Source of the DNA: a virus
Length of the DNA: 64,000 bases
Virus record (IMG/VR): IMGVR_UViG_3300024264_000011
Location: 1-64,000 of that record
Direction: 5' to 3' (one strand)
The position numbers and the translations under genes were made by a program. Below, piece after piece: positions 11,501 through 22,600 of this stretch (positions are counted from its first letter, which is position 1; each line of letters opens with the position of its first letter). A model generated the notes under the pieces. The model searched no databases and was not told the DNA's origin. It saw only the letters and a list, made by a program, of their open reading frames with translations.

Positions 11501-14500
11501 TCTGCATTATTTACAGCTGGATATGGTCTAACAATATTTTTTGTTAGATCTAAAGATGCAGTGTAGTCTGGATTTTGTAAATCCGATACATTTTTTGTAG
11601 TGAAATTATCAACAACAAATCCGTTCTTGAATCTATTATTACCGTTCTCATCAAGGATATTTAAATTATTTGTATTTACTTCCAGCAAAGAAAGAGTCGT
11701 ATATTCTTCTACTTTATTGAGTCTTTCATCTAACTTACCAATGTCTTGCATTGTATAATTTCTAGTCTTCTCCAAATTAATTTTTGCTTGACTTACATCC
11801 TTTAGATATGGAGGTAAATCAATAGTAGCTAAAAGTAGTCCAGCACCTGCATCTTGTTTTGATACAGGTTCAACAGAATCTGCACCTTGTACTACATTTA
11901 CTTTTCCTGTAATATATCCATACTTTTCATTACTTACAGTTAGATAAACTTTATCCTTTCTGCCCATATAAAATTCATAATCAAGACTGAATACACTTTG
12001 TGGGAAAGGTACTTTAGACGATGATGGTAAAGTACTTAAAGCAATATCAAATGCAGAACCAGTTGTTTTAGTTTCTTTGTATGGTGCGGTAGCAGTACCA
12101 GATCCAGCTGATCCACCAGTAGCAGAAGGTGTTACATAATATCTGAAGTCAATCAAATCAGCCATTGAAGACTGATTAAAAGCCAATGGAATATCTCCAT
12201 ATTCTAATGGAGAATATGATTCCGCAGTATAAAAATCATTACTCAAATTTGTATGATTAAAGTAATCAAATACGATAACAATTTTATTTTGTGGTTCTGC
12301 AGCTGATGACTTTCTTACAAGTTTTGATACTCTATAATAATCTTTAGTGTCATTCCTTACAAACTTATAATCATCTGTTAAATCAATATATCTACCATAA
12401 GTAGATGATTTAACATATAAACCAGAAATGAGCTCATTTGTAGGTACTTTGACTTTAATAACTAAATTAGTGCCACTTTGGAATTTATTTGTAGATAGAT
12501 ACTGAACCCAAACCGTATTAGAACTTCTAGAAATTACTCTACATCTGATAGTGCCAGATGTAATAATGTCACCAATAGTTATATCTGATGCGTCATTTAA
12601 TTCCAAACTATCAAACATGTTCTGAGATGTATCACTTTCTCTAACAGCTTCATGAATGGCATGAATTTTAATTACGTCAGGGAATTTTAAAGATATCTCT
12701 TTATCTGTATATCTAGTACCATACATATTGTTACTAGAATTCTTTTCTTTATCTACAATTAAAAATTGATATGATTGTTTTGTTTTAGTTCTTTTTGATG
12801 GATTTGATAATCTTAGTGAATAATATGCATATACATTAGTTCCAGCTGTTTGTCCTGTACCTAATGTGACAATATGATTAGCTTCAACAGTCCTAGAATT
12901 AATCGTTACATTTCCAGTAGAAGATAATAATGTAATTGAATAAGGATCAATTAAAGTACCATCTTGAGACTGAATTGTAATAGAACCACCAGCACCAACA
13001 GTAATGGTTTCTACAATTTGTCTGTGGTGAATGTAATCACTCTCCTCATCACCATTTACAGTAATAGTAGTTTTCTTTATTGGGTTGAGTGAAGCTTTTG
13101 TTGTGAGACCATTAGCACCAGAATATAATTTACAAATTAATTTGTCGATAGAATAATATGTACCATCTGCACTTGGATTAGATTCTAAAGTTACTGAGGT
13201 CCCACTAACAGAACCTACTTCTAGAGTGTTAGTAATTCCTGGAATAGAAATAGTTGATTTAGAACTAAGATCAAAATTAAATTCTGTTCCAATACCAGTA
13301 ATACTAGTACCACTTAATTGAAAAGATGACCCAGTTATCGCAACTCTATCTAATTCAATTGCAGCATCAAAGTCACCGCCAGATGACTGATCTATCGTTC
13401 TTACATTTTCTATTATATATTCCAGGATGGATGATACAGTTGGATTTGTATCGGTAGTATATCTACTAGAAAGAATTGAATCTGATACTAAGAACGTTCC
13501 AGTGACTTGTCTGAGAGTTAGTGTGGAACCATTCACAGCATCAACAAATGCTGTGGCGCCAGAAACATTGCCGGTAATGAAATCACCAGACGCAATATTG
13601 TTCGCGGAACTTAAAGTTAATTTCTTATAAATGTTTACATTAGTAACATATAAGAAAGATCTAACCAATCCAAGCGCAGTAGCACTACCTATAACAGTAC
13701 CATCAACATCCTTCAATTGAAGATCTTCACCAAAAGTAATAGTTCCTGAAGTTGGTGTCCCAGTATTATCTAAATCAAGTTTAAAATATGAACCAATATT
13801 TAAATAAACACCTTGGTTATTTCTTTGTTGTGTTTTTCTTGGTTTTGGTACTATTGTATATTGTTTTCTTTCATTAATTACTTCAAAACCTTCTACATAT
13901 GCTCTACCTTCAGATAGTTCTAGAGCATAATAATCTTTACCTAAAACAAACTGACTAGTTCCATCAGTATATGCATTTTCGCCAATAACTGGGGCATCTG
14001 CTCCAGCAGGAATTTCTGTTACTACAGTCTTACCATCCCAAGTAACTTCATTTGGTAAATAGACACCACCATTAACTCCATCATTTAATGCTTCTCTGAT
14101 CTTTATTGTATATGGTTTTGTGGTAAAACTACCATGGTTACTATATGTTCTTCTTGCTAAATTTTTCTCTAATTGATTATAAGCAGATGTATATGCAGCA
14201 GCCTCTTCAGTAATATTACCATCTTCAAATCTCAATAATTCAATAAAGTTTGCTTTATCTGTGAATGTGAGATCTTGTTTTGAAAATACTAATTTAAATT
14301 GTAATCTATCAGCTCCAGGAGAAGCATAGTTCGTAGAACCAATTGAATTATCGAATAAAGTACTGTCATCTTCTGAGTTGATAATAGCTTCTTCTATAGC
14401 TAGTCCAACTTTATATGATGGTCTATTACTATATTGTTCAAGAATAATGAGTTGTGGAGAAACCTCCACAAAATATCCCCTGACATAATAAACGCCAGCT

Positions 14501-15033
14501 TTAATATTACAAGTAGAACCAATATATGAACTAGCGTTCTGAACTGTTGTGAGTGCTACTGCGTCTCCATTAGCATCAATTAATGCTTCATTATTAATAA
14601 ATTCTAAATATTGAACAGTATCTACAATATTTCCACCAGAATTATATCTCAAGTATAGTGTAATAGTATCTTTTTCAGACTCCTCAGCACTGAGAGTGTC
14701 GATGACTTCAGCTTTAACACCAGAAACAAGACCAGTTAAAGTTTTACCAACTAATCCGGCTCTATAACTTTCTACAGAAACTCCATTAATAGTGTCTTGT
14801 ACCAAGACACATTTTGCACTCATATTATAATGAACGTTTCCTGGTATTACTACCGATCCATCCTTAAAAATATGAGAACCAAATCGCTCAATTTGATTCT
14901 GGAAAGTAGACTGGAGTGTATTTAACTCTCTAGTCTGTACAGAATACCCTGGTTTAAAAAGTATTTTTTGATAATTCTTTGACGAATCAAAGTCATCAAA
15001 ATACGGCGATACTGTTAAATTAGTGTCCTGCAT
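8560..15033 (-). CDS. Large virion/baseplate protein (VrlC / DUF4815-like)
   Basis: NLTVSPYFDDFD...LFKPGYSVQTRELNTLQS; LARRTY; RYTMQDIGKLDERL; DPIAQSFFV; ends NFRAIALA. Confidence 0.88.
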   Translation of the reverse strand: MQDTNLTVSPYFDDFDSSKNYQKILFKPGYSVQTRELNTLQSTFQNQIERFGSHIFKDGSVVIPGNVHYNMSAKCVLVQDTINGVSVESYRAGLVGKTLTGLVSGVKAEVIDTLSAEESEKDTITLYLRYNSGGNIVDTVQYLEFINNEALIDANGDAVALTTVQNASSYIGSTCNIKAGVYYVRGYFVEVSPQLIILEQYSNRPSYKVGLAIEEAIINSEDDSTLFDNSIGSTNYASPGADRLQFKLVFSKQDLTFTDKANFIELLRFEDGNITEEAAAYTSAYNQLEKNLARRTYSNHGSFTTKPYTIKIREALNDGVNGGVYLPNEVTWDGKTVVTEIPAGADAPVIGENAYTDGTSQFVLGKDYYALELSEGRAYVEGFEVINERKQYTIVPKPRKTQQRNNQGVYLNIGSYFKLDLDNTGTPTSGTITFGEDLQLKDVDGTVIGSATALGLVRSFLYVTNVNIYKKLTLSSANNIASGDFITGNVSGATAFVDAVNGSTLTLRQVTGTFLVSDSILSSRYTTDTNPTVSSILEYIIENVRTIDQSSGGDFDAAIELDRVAITGSSFQLSGTSITGIGTEFNFDLSSKSTISIPGITNTLEVGSVSGTSVTLESNPSADGTYYSIDKLICKLYSGANGLTTKASLNPIKKTTITVNGDEESDYIHHRQIVETITVGAGGSITIQSQDGTLIDPYSITLLSSTGNVTINSRTVEANHIVTLGTGQTAGTNVYAYYSLRLSNPSKRTKTKQSYQFLIVDKEKNSSNNMYGTRYTDKEISLKFPDVIKIHAIHEAVRESDTSQNMFDSLELNDASDITIGDIITSGTIRCRVISRSSNTVWVQYLSTNKFQSGTNLVIKVKVPTNELISGLYVKSSTYGRYIDLTDDYKFVRNDTKDYYRVSKLVRKSSAAEPQNKIVIVFDYFNHTNLSNDFYTAESYSPLEYGDIPLAFNQSSMADLIDFRYYVTPSATGGSAGSGTATAPYKETKTTGSAFDIALSTLPSSSKVPFPQSVFSLDYEFYMGRKDKVYLTVSNEKYGYITGKVNVVQGADSVEPVSKQDAGAGLLLATIDLPPYLKDVSQAKINLEKTRNYTMQDIGKLDERLNKVEEYTTLSLLEVNTNNLNILDENGNNRFKNGFVVDNFTTKNVSDLQNPDYTASLDLTKNIVRPYPAVNNADLQYNDDLSDANLASTYVTIPYTEIPYAEQPYASRVENLFPYEVFSWVGNMSLFPQKDIWYDTDRTIVENQSINLVDAYTALFDLVLPTGQIWDDWQLGAGGTVFGGGGRTITDIREGVQYDVGSLNFEIESGDTIQDIQDLRYSRSRVVTMGVSSLKPSTKMYFYINDTDSGNIIYPKLLSLESSTRNGTFAVGETVYIYPMYEGDEVTIQMIPLPLVATVVAATNYSQEVSSDFANGNYLSGHLKLGIDDIRTLAGSDINPTQLGSKFFITGVTSNAYAQVNNTDIISNENGVVNAFVLIPPLQYETGEMQFNLSSQDQNTQIKGLTDTYATSSYYSQGTELTVTSSITTLEAPELTATTITDEKVRFIPNPPPPPGRHDPIAQSFFVSQISGVFATSIDLYFLTKDPSAPVTIDIRTVENGAISGQILPGSVVTVESADVKLSNDATAATRFTFPNPLYLSPNNDYAFIVRTVTDKYNMWVSRLGEEDVTTGLFIDKQPFVGVLYKSSNQSIWTPDQFEDIKFTLNRAQFDTNTTYTCVLENKPLEPQKLPKNPLTFTEGSSVIKVFQPNHGMHQSGNKVAINLIASDTTNATISTALSSNSVSNILMLDISGTNTGFDLSSIEGWNNVSNASVSGANKGFIKIDDEIISYIGVTNNGQLSGINRGELGTTATAHDAGSVVRCFNINGIPSNEINTEHIITNIISMDEYEITVTSAANSTKQTGGTVATATRNIQYESIEPFINLFTPVESTKAISLVSTSGTSIGNDKQKSFLSRPAENIENGIENVMNEPKLVLSEPNRKAFQNSQTSTLKTYITMSTPIDRVSPVVDVTGSSIVTISNRLNKVVDDDGDLDISSELTPFGGKHSSYITKRVILETASTSIKVLFDAIRMPSVELKVFAKIKYDSSSGEFDDMNYIEVPVTNNPVSDNKNQFRAFDFDIKGLEEFQEFSIKLVMTGNDQSEPPKIRNFRAIALAL

Positions 15034-15078
15034 TTATTAGAACCTTCAGGTTGTTTTGTTTTCTTTTGACTATTTAGT

Positions 15079-16650
15079 TCAGAATTCAATGACCAATTTA
15101 ATATCTTCAATTTGGTCATTGGATCTATTAACTGCTTTTCTGTTTTCAACGTAAATAATATTTCCACTATTTTTCTTGATCTCTGGTGTAGAGTATCCAT
15201 TAGTGAAAGTAACTCCAAAATAATCGCCAGAAGTACCTGTATCTGGAGTCATTGTAACACTACCTTGGGAAGTTGTAGCAGTAATAGAGTTTGCGCCACT
15301 AAACAATACTAATTGATCTGCATTAGGTGAAGCTTGATCTTCATCAATAAACTCATTTTGATAATATCTCAATACTTTGGTAACAGAGTCCCAATGTATA
15401 ACTCTACCTTTTGCCTCAGTAGTAGATTGTGTGATTATATTACCAGGTTCAAAGTTGTCAGTTGTTGAAGATGGGAACTTAATTGCATAACATGCTGTAG
15501 CTGTATTTGCAGTCAAATCAGTATTACTTGTATTCTGTGGATCAGCAATCAATCCAAATCTCCTAAACTGAGAATCTACTGGAATATCACCATCACCATC
15601 AAGGAAATCTAGACTCTTGTTAATCATAACTCTATAACCACCCAATTCCAATGCAGCATCAGAACCATGTCCACCTGGAGGAGAAATAATTGCCTCTACA
15701 GTAGCAGAACTTAAGTCTGTGGTTGTTCCAGATCTACTCTTAGCATTTGCAATAGTTGTATAACCTTCAGTTAGGACTAATTTTGCTCTAGTATAACCAG
15801 TACCAACAATTTGCATTGTAGCTGTATCAATTTTATTTGCATTAGTTCCAGTAGAAGGAACAATTATTTGTGCAATTGCTCTATTTGTTTCTGTTCCATA
15901 ATCATTATCACCAACAATTGGTACATAATAAGTATTTGCAGCAATACCAGATCCTCTGTTATCAACTATCAATTGTTCAATAGAACCATCAATTGCAGCA
16001 TTTTTTACATCAGTATCATCTTTAACTGGAATGAAATCAGTTGATACAAACTTAATATATTCTGGAATTGTAATCGTATACATATACTTCCATCTATACC
16101 CATCAGATAAGGTTTCGATCTGGGTACTGGTGCTTGTTGGTTCTAATGTAGATGTAACACCATTTGGATATGTTGCACTTTCACCATTATAAATGCACTT
16201 ATACACATTAAAATTTTTATTAATCACATAAAACTGTGCATCATATAATTTTTGGTGACCATTAATAGATTGATTTAAATTTGTATAATCATTCTTGTAC
16301 ATGTCATACTTGACACCAGTCGTCCAAGTATTTCTTCTAATAACCTTTGATAAATCAGATCTAGTGACTCTCTTAACAGAGATCATATCATCATAAATTT
16401 CATTCATATCATTGAATGAATCATACTGATCGGGTGGTTCAAATTCACTCACACCTGTTTGACCATCATATCTTTCCAACGTCCATTGTTGGGATCTACC
16501 AGTAAATAGATAGATCTTACTTCTATAATTTTGTGCAGCTGAAGAACTATCAGCTTCTGGCTGGTCACTGGAATTATAGGGTTCTTCCAACGACTCAATA
16601 AACTGCTCAGCAGCAAACACCCTAAAATTATCAGTTACTAGTGAAGGCAT
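15079..16650 (-). CDS. gp8: Baseplate wedge subunit
   Basis: LVTDNFRVFAAEQFIESL...VYKCIYNG...DGYRWKYMYTI...ISPPGGHG...IEDIKLVIEF. Confidence 0.93.
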   Translation of the reverse strand: MPSLVTDNFRVFAAEQFIESLEEPYNSSDQPEADSSSAAQNYRSKIYLFTGRSQQWTLERYDGQTGVSEFEPPDQYDSFNDMNEIYDDMISVKRVTRSDLSKVIRRNTWTTGVKYDMYKNDYTNLNQSINGHQKLYDAQFYVINKNFNVYKCIYNGESATYPNGVTSTLEPTSTSTQIETLSDGYRWKYMYTITIPEYIKFVSTDFIPVKDDTDVKNAAIDGSIEQLIVDNRGSGIAANTYYVPIVGDNDYGTETNRAIAQIIVPSTGTNANKIDTATMQIVGTGYTRAKLVLTEGYTTIANAKSRSGTTTDLSSATVEAIISPPGGHGSDAALELGGYRVMINKSLDFLDGDGDIPVDSQFRRFGLIADPQNTSNTDLTANTATACYAIKFPSSTTDNFEPGNIITQSTTEAKGRVIHWDSVTKVLRYYQNEFIDEDQASPNADQLVLFSGANSITATTSQGSVTMTPDTGTSGDYFGVTFTNGYSTPEIKKNSGNIIYVENRKAVNRSNDQIEDIKLVIEF

Positions 16651-16684
16651 TCTTCTAATTTCGTTTTATTTGTACTTTTATTTA

Positions 16685-19600
16685 TCAGAGATAACTGTCG
16701 AAATATACAAGATCCGAACTTGTGTGTGATCTTGCAGTTCCTACAGCACCTCTAGTGCAACCATCCAGTGTATATGTTGGATATCCAAGGAAGGAAATAC
16801 TCAAAATACCATAATGGTCATAATCTGATCCACTATTATCATCCTGAATTAACCTGAAATACACATGTTCACCCTGAACTGCAGTTGGAAGGTTGAAATC
16901 ATAATTGTCTAGAACACCAGTGCCAGATCCATTAGGAACTGCATCAATTACAATACCAAGATCCACCCAAGAATTACCATCTGGTGCTGCACCAGATGAT
17001 GTAGATTGATATTGTATTCTAAGATCTTCATCACCAACAACATCTGGTGTCTCACCACCATTAGAATCGTTACCTCTAACAGCATAAACACGAACAGAAT
17101 TTACACCTCTAGAATCAATGGGGTCAAAAGTGACAAATCTAGTTCCACTAGTATCACCAAATCTCAAGTGAGTACCAATATCAAAACCACCAGTTGAACC
17201 AACTCCAGTTCCCCCACTAACAATTGCTGTGCCATTACCAAATTCATAAATTCCATCTGAATTTGTTGTATCAAAACCAACTGAAGAAATTGAATTTTCA
17301 GTTACATATGTATATTCAACACCTTCAGCTTCAACTTCGCCAGATACTTCTTTATAGAAGAATACTCTATTGGTATCATAACCAACACCAGGATTTTGAA
17401 TAATGACACTAGTAATTGTACCAGAACTGTTTAATACACCCTCAAGAACACAACCATCTCCACCGCCACCAGTAATTCCGATAGTAAAGTCACGGTCATC
17501 ATAACCACTACCACCATTCAAGAGATCAATCTTTCTTATTTCACCACCAGATACATAAACTTTAAAGTTTGCTCCAGACCCACTAGAAGAAGTAACTGTA
17601 ACTGTTGGTGGATTTGATGGCAAACCAGTTCCATTACCAACATCAAAAGTCTCTACAGAATTATTAATATTCTGAAGTAACTTTGTAGCTTTTCTAATTT
17701 CCGACTTATTAAGTGGTTGTAATTTATAAACACTTGCATATTGAGTTGCAACTACAGTTGGATTTGTATAAATGTTATACCCACCATATTGAATATCAAT
17801 AGAACTTTCCTCTACTCTATTTCCATAGATAGTCTCAACCAAAGCGGTTGCTTTAGCACCAGTACCAGTTCCTTTTGTTCTAATTACCACTGGGGTATCA
17901 TAACCACCACCTTTATTAGATACCGTAAATCCAGTAACTTTACCACTAGAGTAAGTTGCTGTTGCAGCAAATCCTGAAGGACCGTCACCACTGTAAGATG
18001 CAGTGGTTAATATTGTTGGTGAAAGAACCGCAGTGACAGTTCTTTCTTCTTCCTCACCAGGAATCTGTATCTTATCACCAGTGTTAACTTCACTTATTCT
18101 ATTGAATACTCTTACATCACCATAAGTTCCCCTGAAGTCCATGATGAATAATCTACTGAAGGAAACAGAACTAGTAAATCTAATTTTTTCATTATCAATA
18201 TAATAGTCATATAGAGGACTTTGTACTTCACCATCTTTAACAACCAATAATTGATTTTCTAGTTTTCTTGGTCTATCAATATCATAATTTGGATAGTAGA
18301 CGTTTCCACTCTTTGTTAACTCAAATACTGTTCCAGATGAACTGGTCTTAGTATCAAGTTTATCGAAAGATCCAACACTTCTTACCGAAATCACATCCGA
18401 AGCAACTGGTGCTGTAGTGAATACAATCTGAGTTTCGTTATCAGTAATTGGTTCAATATCAAAATCATGACCAGGTTCTAGTATATCTCCATTTTTGACA
18501 ACCAATAGACTTGTTGGATCTGGAGTGTCGTCATCAGATACTGTTCCGACAGGAACAAAGTTTTCTTCACCATCAAACAAATTGAATCTGGTGATAGAAC
18601 CATTGAAAGGAGTATTGATTTGATCTAGCAAATTGAATACACCGAAGAACTTAATAGCAAATAAAGTTCCTGTAGTATGATTTTCTGATAAAGTAACAGT
18701 ATTATCATTATTCCATGTGAAGTGTCCAAGTTCAGCAAATCTCCACTTATTATTGGAGAATATTACAACATTTTCCCTCTGTAAAGATTCGGAATAACTA
18801 TTACCAAAATTGTATCTTCTAGTATTACTGCTACCTGGATCATCCACAAGAGTTAATGCAGTATTCTCACTCATTCTAATCAACATAATAGTATCATTGT
18901 GAGCAGGAGCGTCAGTGAACGTTATGAGACCTCTGCTGGTTGATATACTATACTCCGTGGAAGGATCTAGTACAATTCCATTTTTAACTGCTAAAATATC
19001 AGCATCGGTAAGAATATTTGCAGCAATAAGATTTGCTTGATTGTAGAATAACTTAAATATAGTTCTCTCACCATTTGGACAATACTGAAACTCATCAATT
19101 AACTGTACATTTGGATACTTAACAACAAATACTTGAGTTGGAGCAAATCCATCTGAGTGAGTTAGTCTAATTGTATTATTATTGTATACAGTGAAATCAC
19201 CTCTTCTCTTAAATCTAGGAACACCATCTGCATAAATTATAATCTTATCTTCATCACTAGAAGAAATAGTTGATGAAACCACGTAATCAGTTTGGTTTGT
19301 AGATACAGTTGAACCACCAGTAATAGTTAATTCGTCTCTTCCATGGGCATGTAAAACGTAAATATCTTCTGTTTCTTCAACATTAGTTGTAAATTCAATA
19401 TAACCAGGTCCTACAACATAATCTTGAGTTGGATTCTGGACTACACCAGCCCTAATAATAAGTAAATCTGCAGGATCACTTATAGAGGGATTGAAACTCT
19501 GGAAACCATTTCCAGCAGTATATACTAGTTTATATCTAGTTGGGAGAATAGAAACTCCATTTTCTGTTCTAGTTACCTTAGTATAATTATCATCAATGAA

Positions 19601-22600
19601 GTCTAAGTATTCTACTGGATTTGAAACACCTGGTATATCATCACCAATTCTAATAATTGTAATTTTAGCACCAACAGATGTTAATGCGGTTGAATTGAAT
19701 ATAATTCTGTCTGTTACACTATTAACACTATATGGAGAAACTGTGTATGCAAAACCTGCTTTTTGTACAACACCATCAATTGCCACCATAATTTCATTTG
19801 CATCACTTAATGCATCAGTTGCACTACCACTAAATCGTAAGTCATATGTTAATGTTGATGTATTAGAAACTGTCAATACATCATACTCTTGACCTAGAGT
19901 TGTTTGATCAGCAAATGCAATAATATAAAGATCACTAATATCTACATCTTCAGCGAAAGTGAATGTAAATGTCTGTGAACCAGATCCAGAAGGAACATTT
20001 ACACTGTATGCACTAGATAATCTTGTTTGTAAAATACCATTATTAAATACAAGGAATTTATTAGATGTTGTAGCATCCGCAGTAGCAGTTATTGTGGTAG
20101 AATTAGTTTGAGATAATGTAGATGTAATATTAACTAAATTAGAATCACCACTACCAATAATATTCAACATGAAGATGTCTTCTGTTGTTTGTGGTGCAGT
20201 AGTAAATCTAATGAATGGGAATGTGTTATTATCTTGGATCGAATAGTCAACACCAACTTCTTGAAAGACACCATTTCTGAGTACAAGAACATTTACATCA
20301 TTATCTACAGTAGTATTAGTGTAATTTGTAGTTAATGCAAAATCTGTTTGTGTGCCATTTATATAATTAGCAAACTCTAATGTTTCATTCTGATTAATTC
20401 CATCATATGCATAGAAAGCGAATATAGTACCATCTTCATCTGGTGATGGAGCATCAGAGAAAGTTATATTACCACTAGTAATAGTATAATCTATACTTGG
20501 TTTTTGTAGTACTCCGTTTCTAACAACAAAGAAGTTATTTGTGACAAAACTAGACTGTAATATGCCATCAATCGTGATTGGGAAAGTTGTTCTTGAATCA
20601 TCAAAACATACAAATGGATCCAATACAACATTCTTTGTTGATAATGGTGATAACTGTCTATTAAAGAATACAAGATTAATATCATCAGAAGCTTCTGGAG
20701 CATCTACAAAAGTAATTTTATTGTCATTTACCGTATGACCATTAAAAGTTCTAACTTTATGGTCTGTGTAAGAAGATACAGGATATTGTAGTTCATCATT
20801 TTTTATAACAAAAATATCACCGACATTATTAACATACTTTGGAACACCTCTATCAGAAAGATTAAACTTAGTTCTAGTACCATTCTGGACTACTCCTAAT
20901 CTATCAATAATAGTACCATTTTCATTATTTGTATTTGATAAAAATTCACTCACATAATCAATCAACGTACAATTAATAGACGAGGCGTAAGCTGTAGAGA
21001 AAGTGATATTAGAACCACTAACACTATATTGATCATGGTCTAGTACTTGATTATCAATGTATACTACAAGACTTTCTTCTCCATTGCTTGGAGTGTAATT
21101 TTTACCATCTCTCTTAATAGAGAAGGTAGTAGTTGAACCATTGAAAGATAACTTATCCAGGACTTCTACATAACTGCTGGAATATCTTGGACTTGTATAT
21201 GTAAATCTAGTATCAAAACCTTCAACTCTTGTAGCAGAAGCTGGGTAGACAGTACCATCTATAAGTTCATTTCTTGATTCATAAAATGATTGTGCATTTT
21301 TAACTGCATTTGACTCAATAAATTGTTGTTTCTCATTAGCAGAAGTACAATGTAAGATCGATTGGATTCTGTTTTGATTTAATAAAGCAGTATCAATACT
21401 TTCACAAGTGATAGTTTCATTTTGAATATACCAACCAAATACCAAACTTGGATCTACAGAAGACTCAAAAGTTATCTGGTTTCCACTGATAGTAAAATCT
21501 TGTGCAGGGACTAATTGAGTTTGGAATACTCCCAAATAGAAAATTAAAAGCTCGCAATGATCAGAAGGAGTATGATTTAAAGTAAATACAGTATTATTTG
21601 TTTGTGGGTTTGTGAATGATAATTTTCTAAGATTCTCATGTCTTACTGCACAGACTTTGGTATTGTCAAATCCAATATTAACACCTAAACCAACTGTATT
21701 ATTGGATACAGTTAATAAATTAGGATTTTGTACTACTCCAGCAACAGATATAATAAATTGTTCCAGTGTGGAAGATGTCACAGAATAAGAAACACTATCT
21801 TTAGTGAATGAAATAGCGTTACTATTTGTAGATAATGTACTGGTATCCAATACATCAAAATTATTAATTATATTTGTTGGATCTGTAGAATCATATCTTG
21901 GTGAAATTCTATAGAGATAAATTTCATCTGTGGATAAGAAATCAAAATTTGGTACAAAATAATATTCATTATTGTTTGTAGTTGACGCTGCTACTTCAAA
22001 GGAAGTATCATGTTCCTGGTATATTCCACTAAAGAAAGCCAGAGATAAATCTGTAGAATCAAAATTAGCAAAAGCAAAATCTTGAGTAATTCTTACAATA
22101 ATTTCACGAAGTTGGAATTCTTTTTTACTTCTAATTTCTACATATATGAAGTACTCAGTAACTTTAACAACTTGTGCAATAGCACCACTAATAGTTCCAT
22201 AAATGTAATTGCCAACAGAATATAGAGAAGTATCTTGTAAAAGAAGTCTTCTCTGATAACATGGAGATAACTTGACATTCAAGTTAATATCACTAGAAAT
22301 TGCTGCGGTGAAGATGACACTGCTCTTGAAAACCTGATCCGAGAAGAATTTCTTTCTTCTCTCAATAACTTTTTTACCAAACTGTTTGAATCCAGCTGGG
22401 TGTGTATTAATATCTTGTGTTTTTTTCCACTCCTTAGTGTCTCTGGAAGAGACTATAGAATATGACCAATTTTGATAATAATTACTATCAGTTACTCTTT
22501 GGGAGTAGTCACTAACGTTACCTCTAGTATCAGTAATTTTTCTAGGAAGATCAACTTTAGATTCTATTCCAGCAGACACTTTAGATCTCTTTGTAGAAAC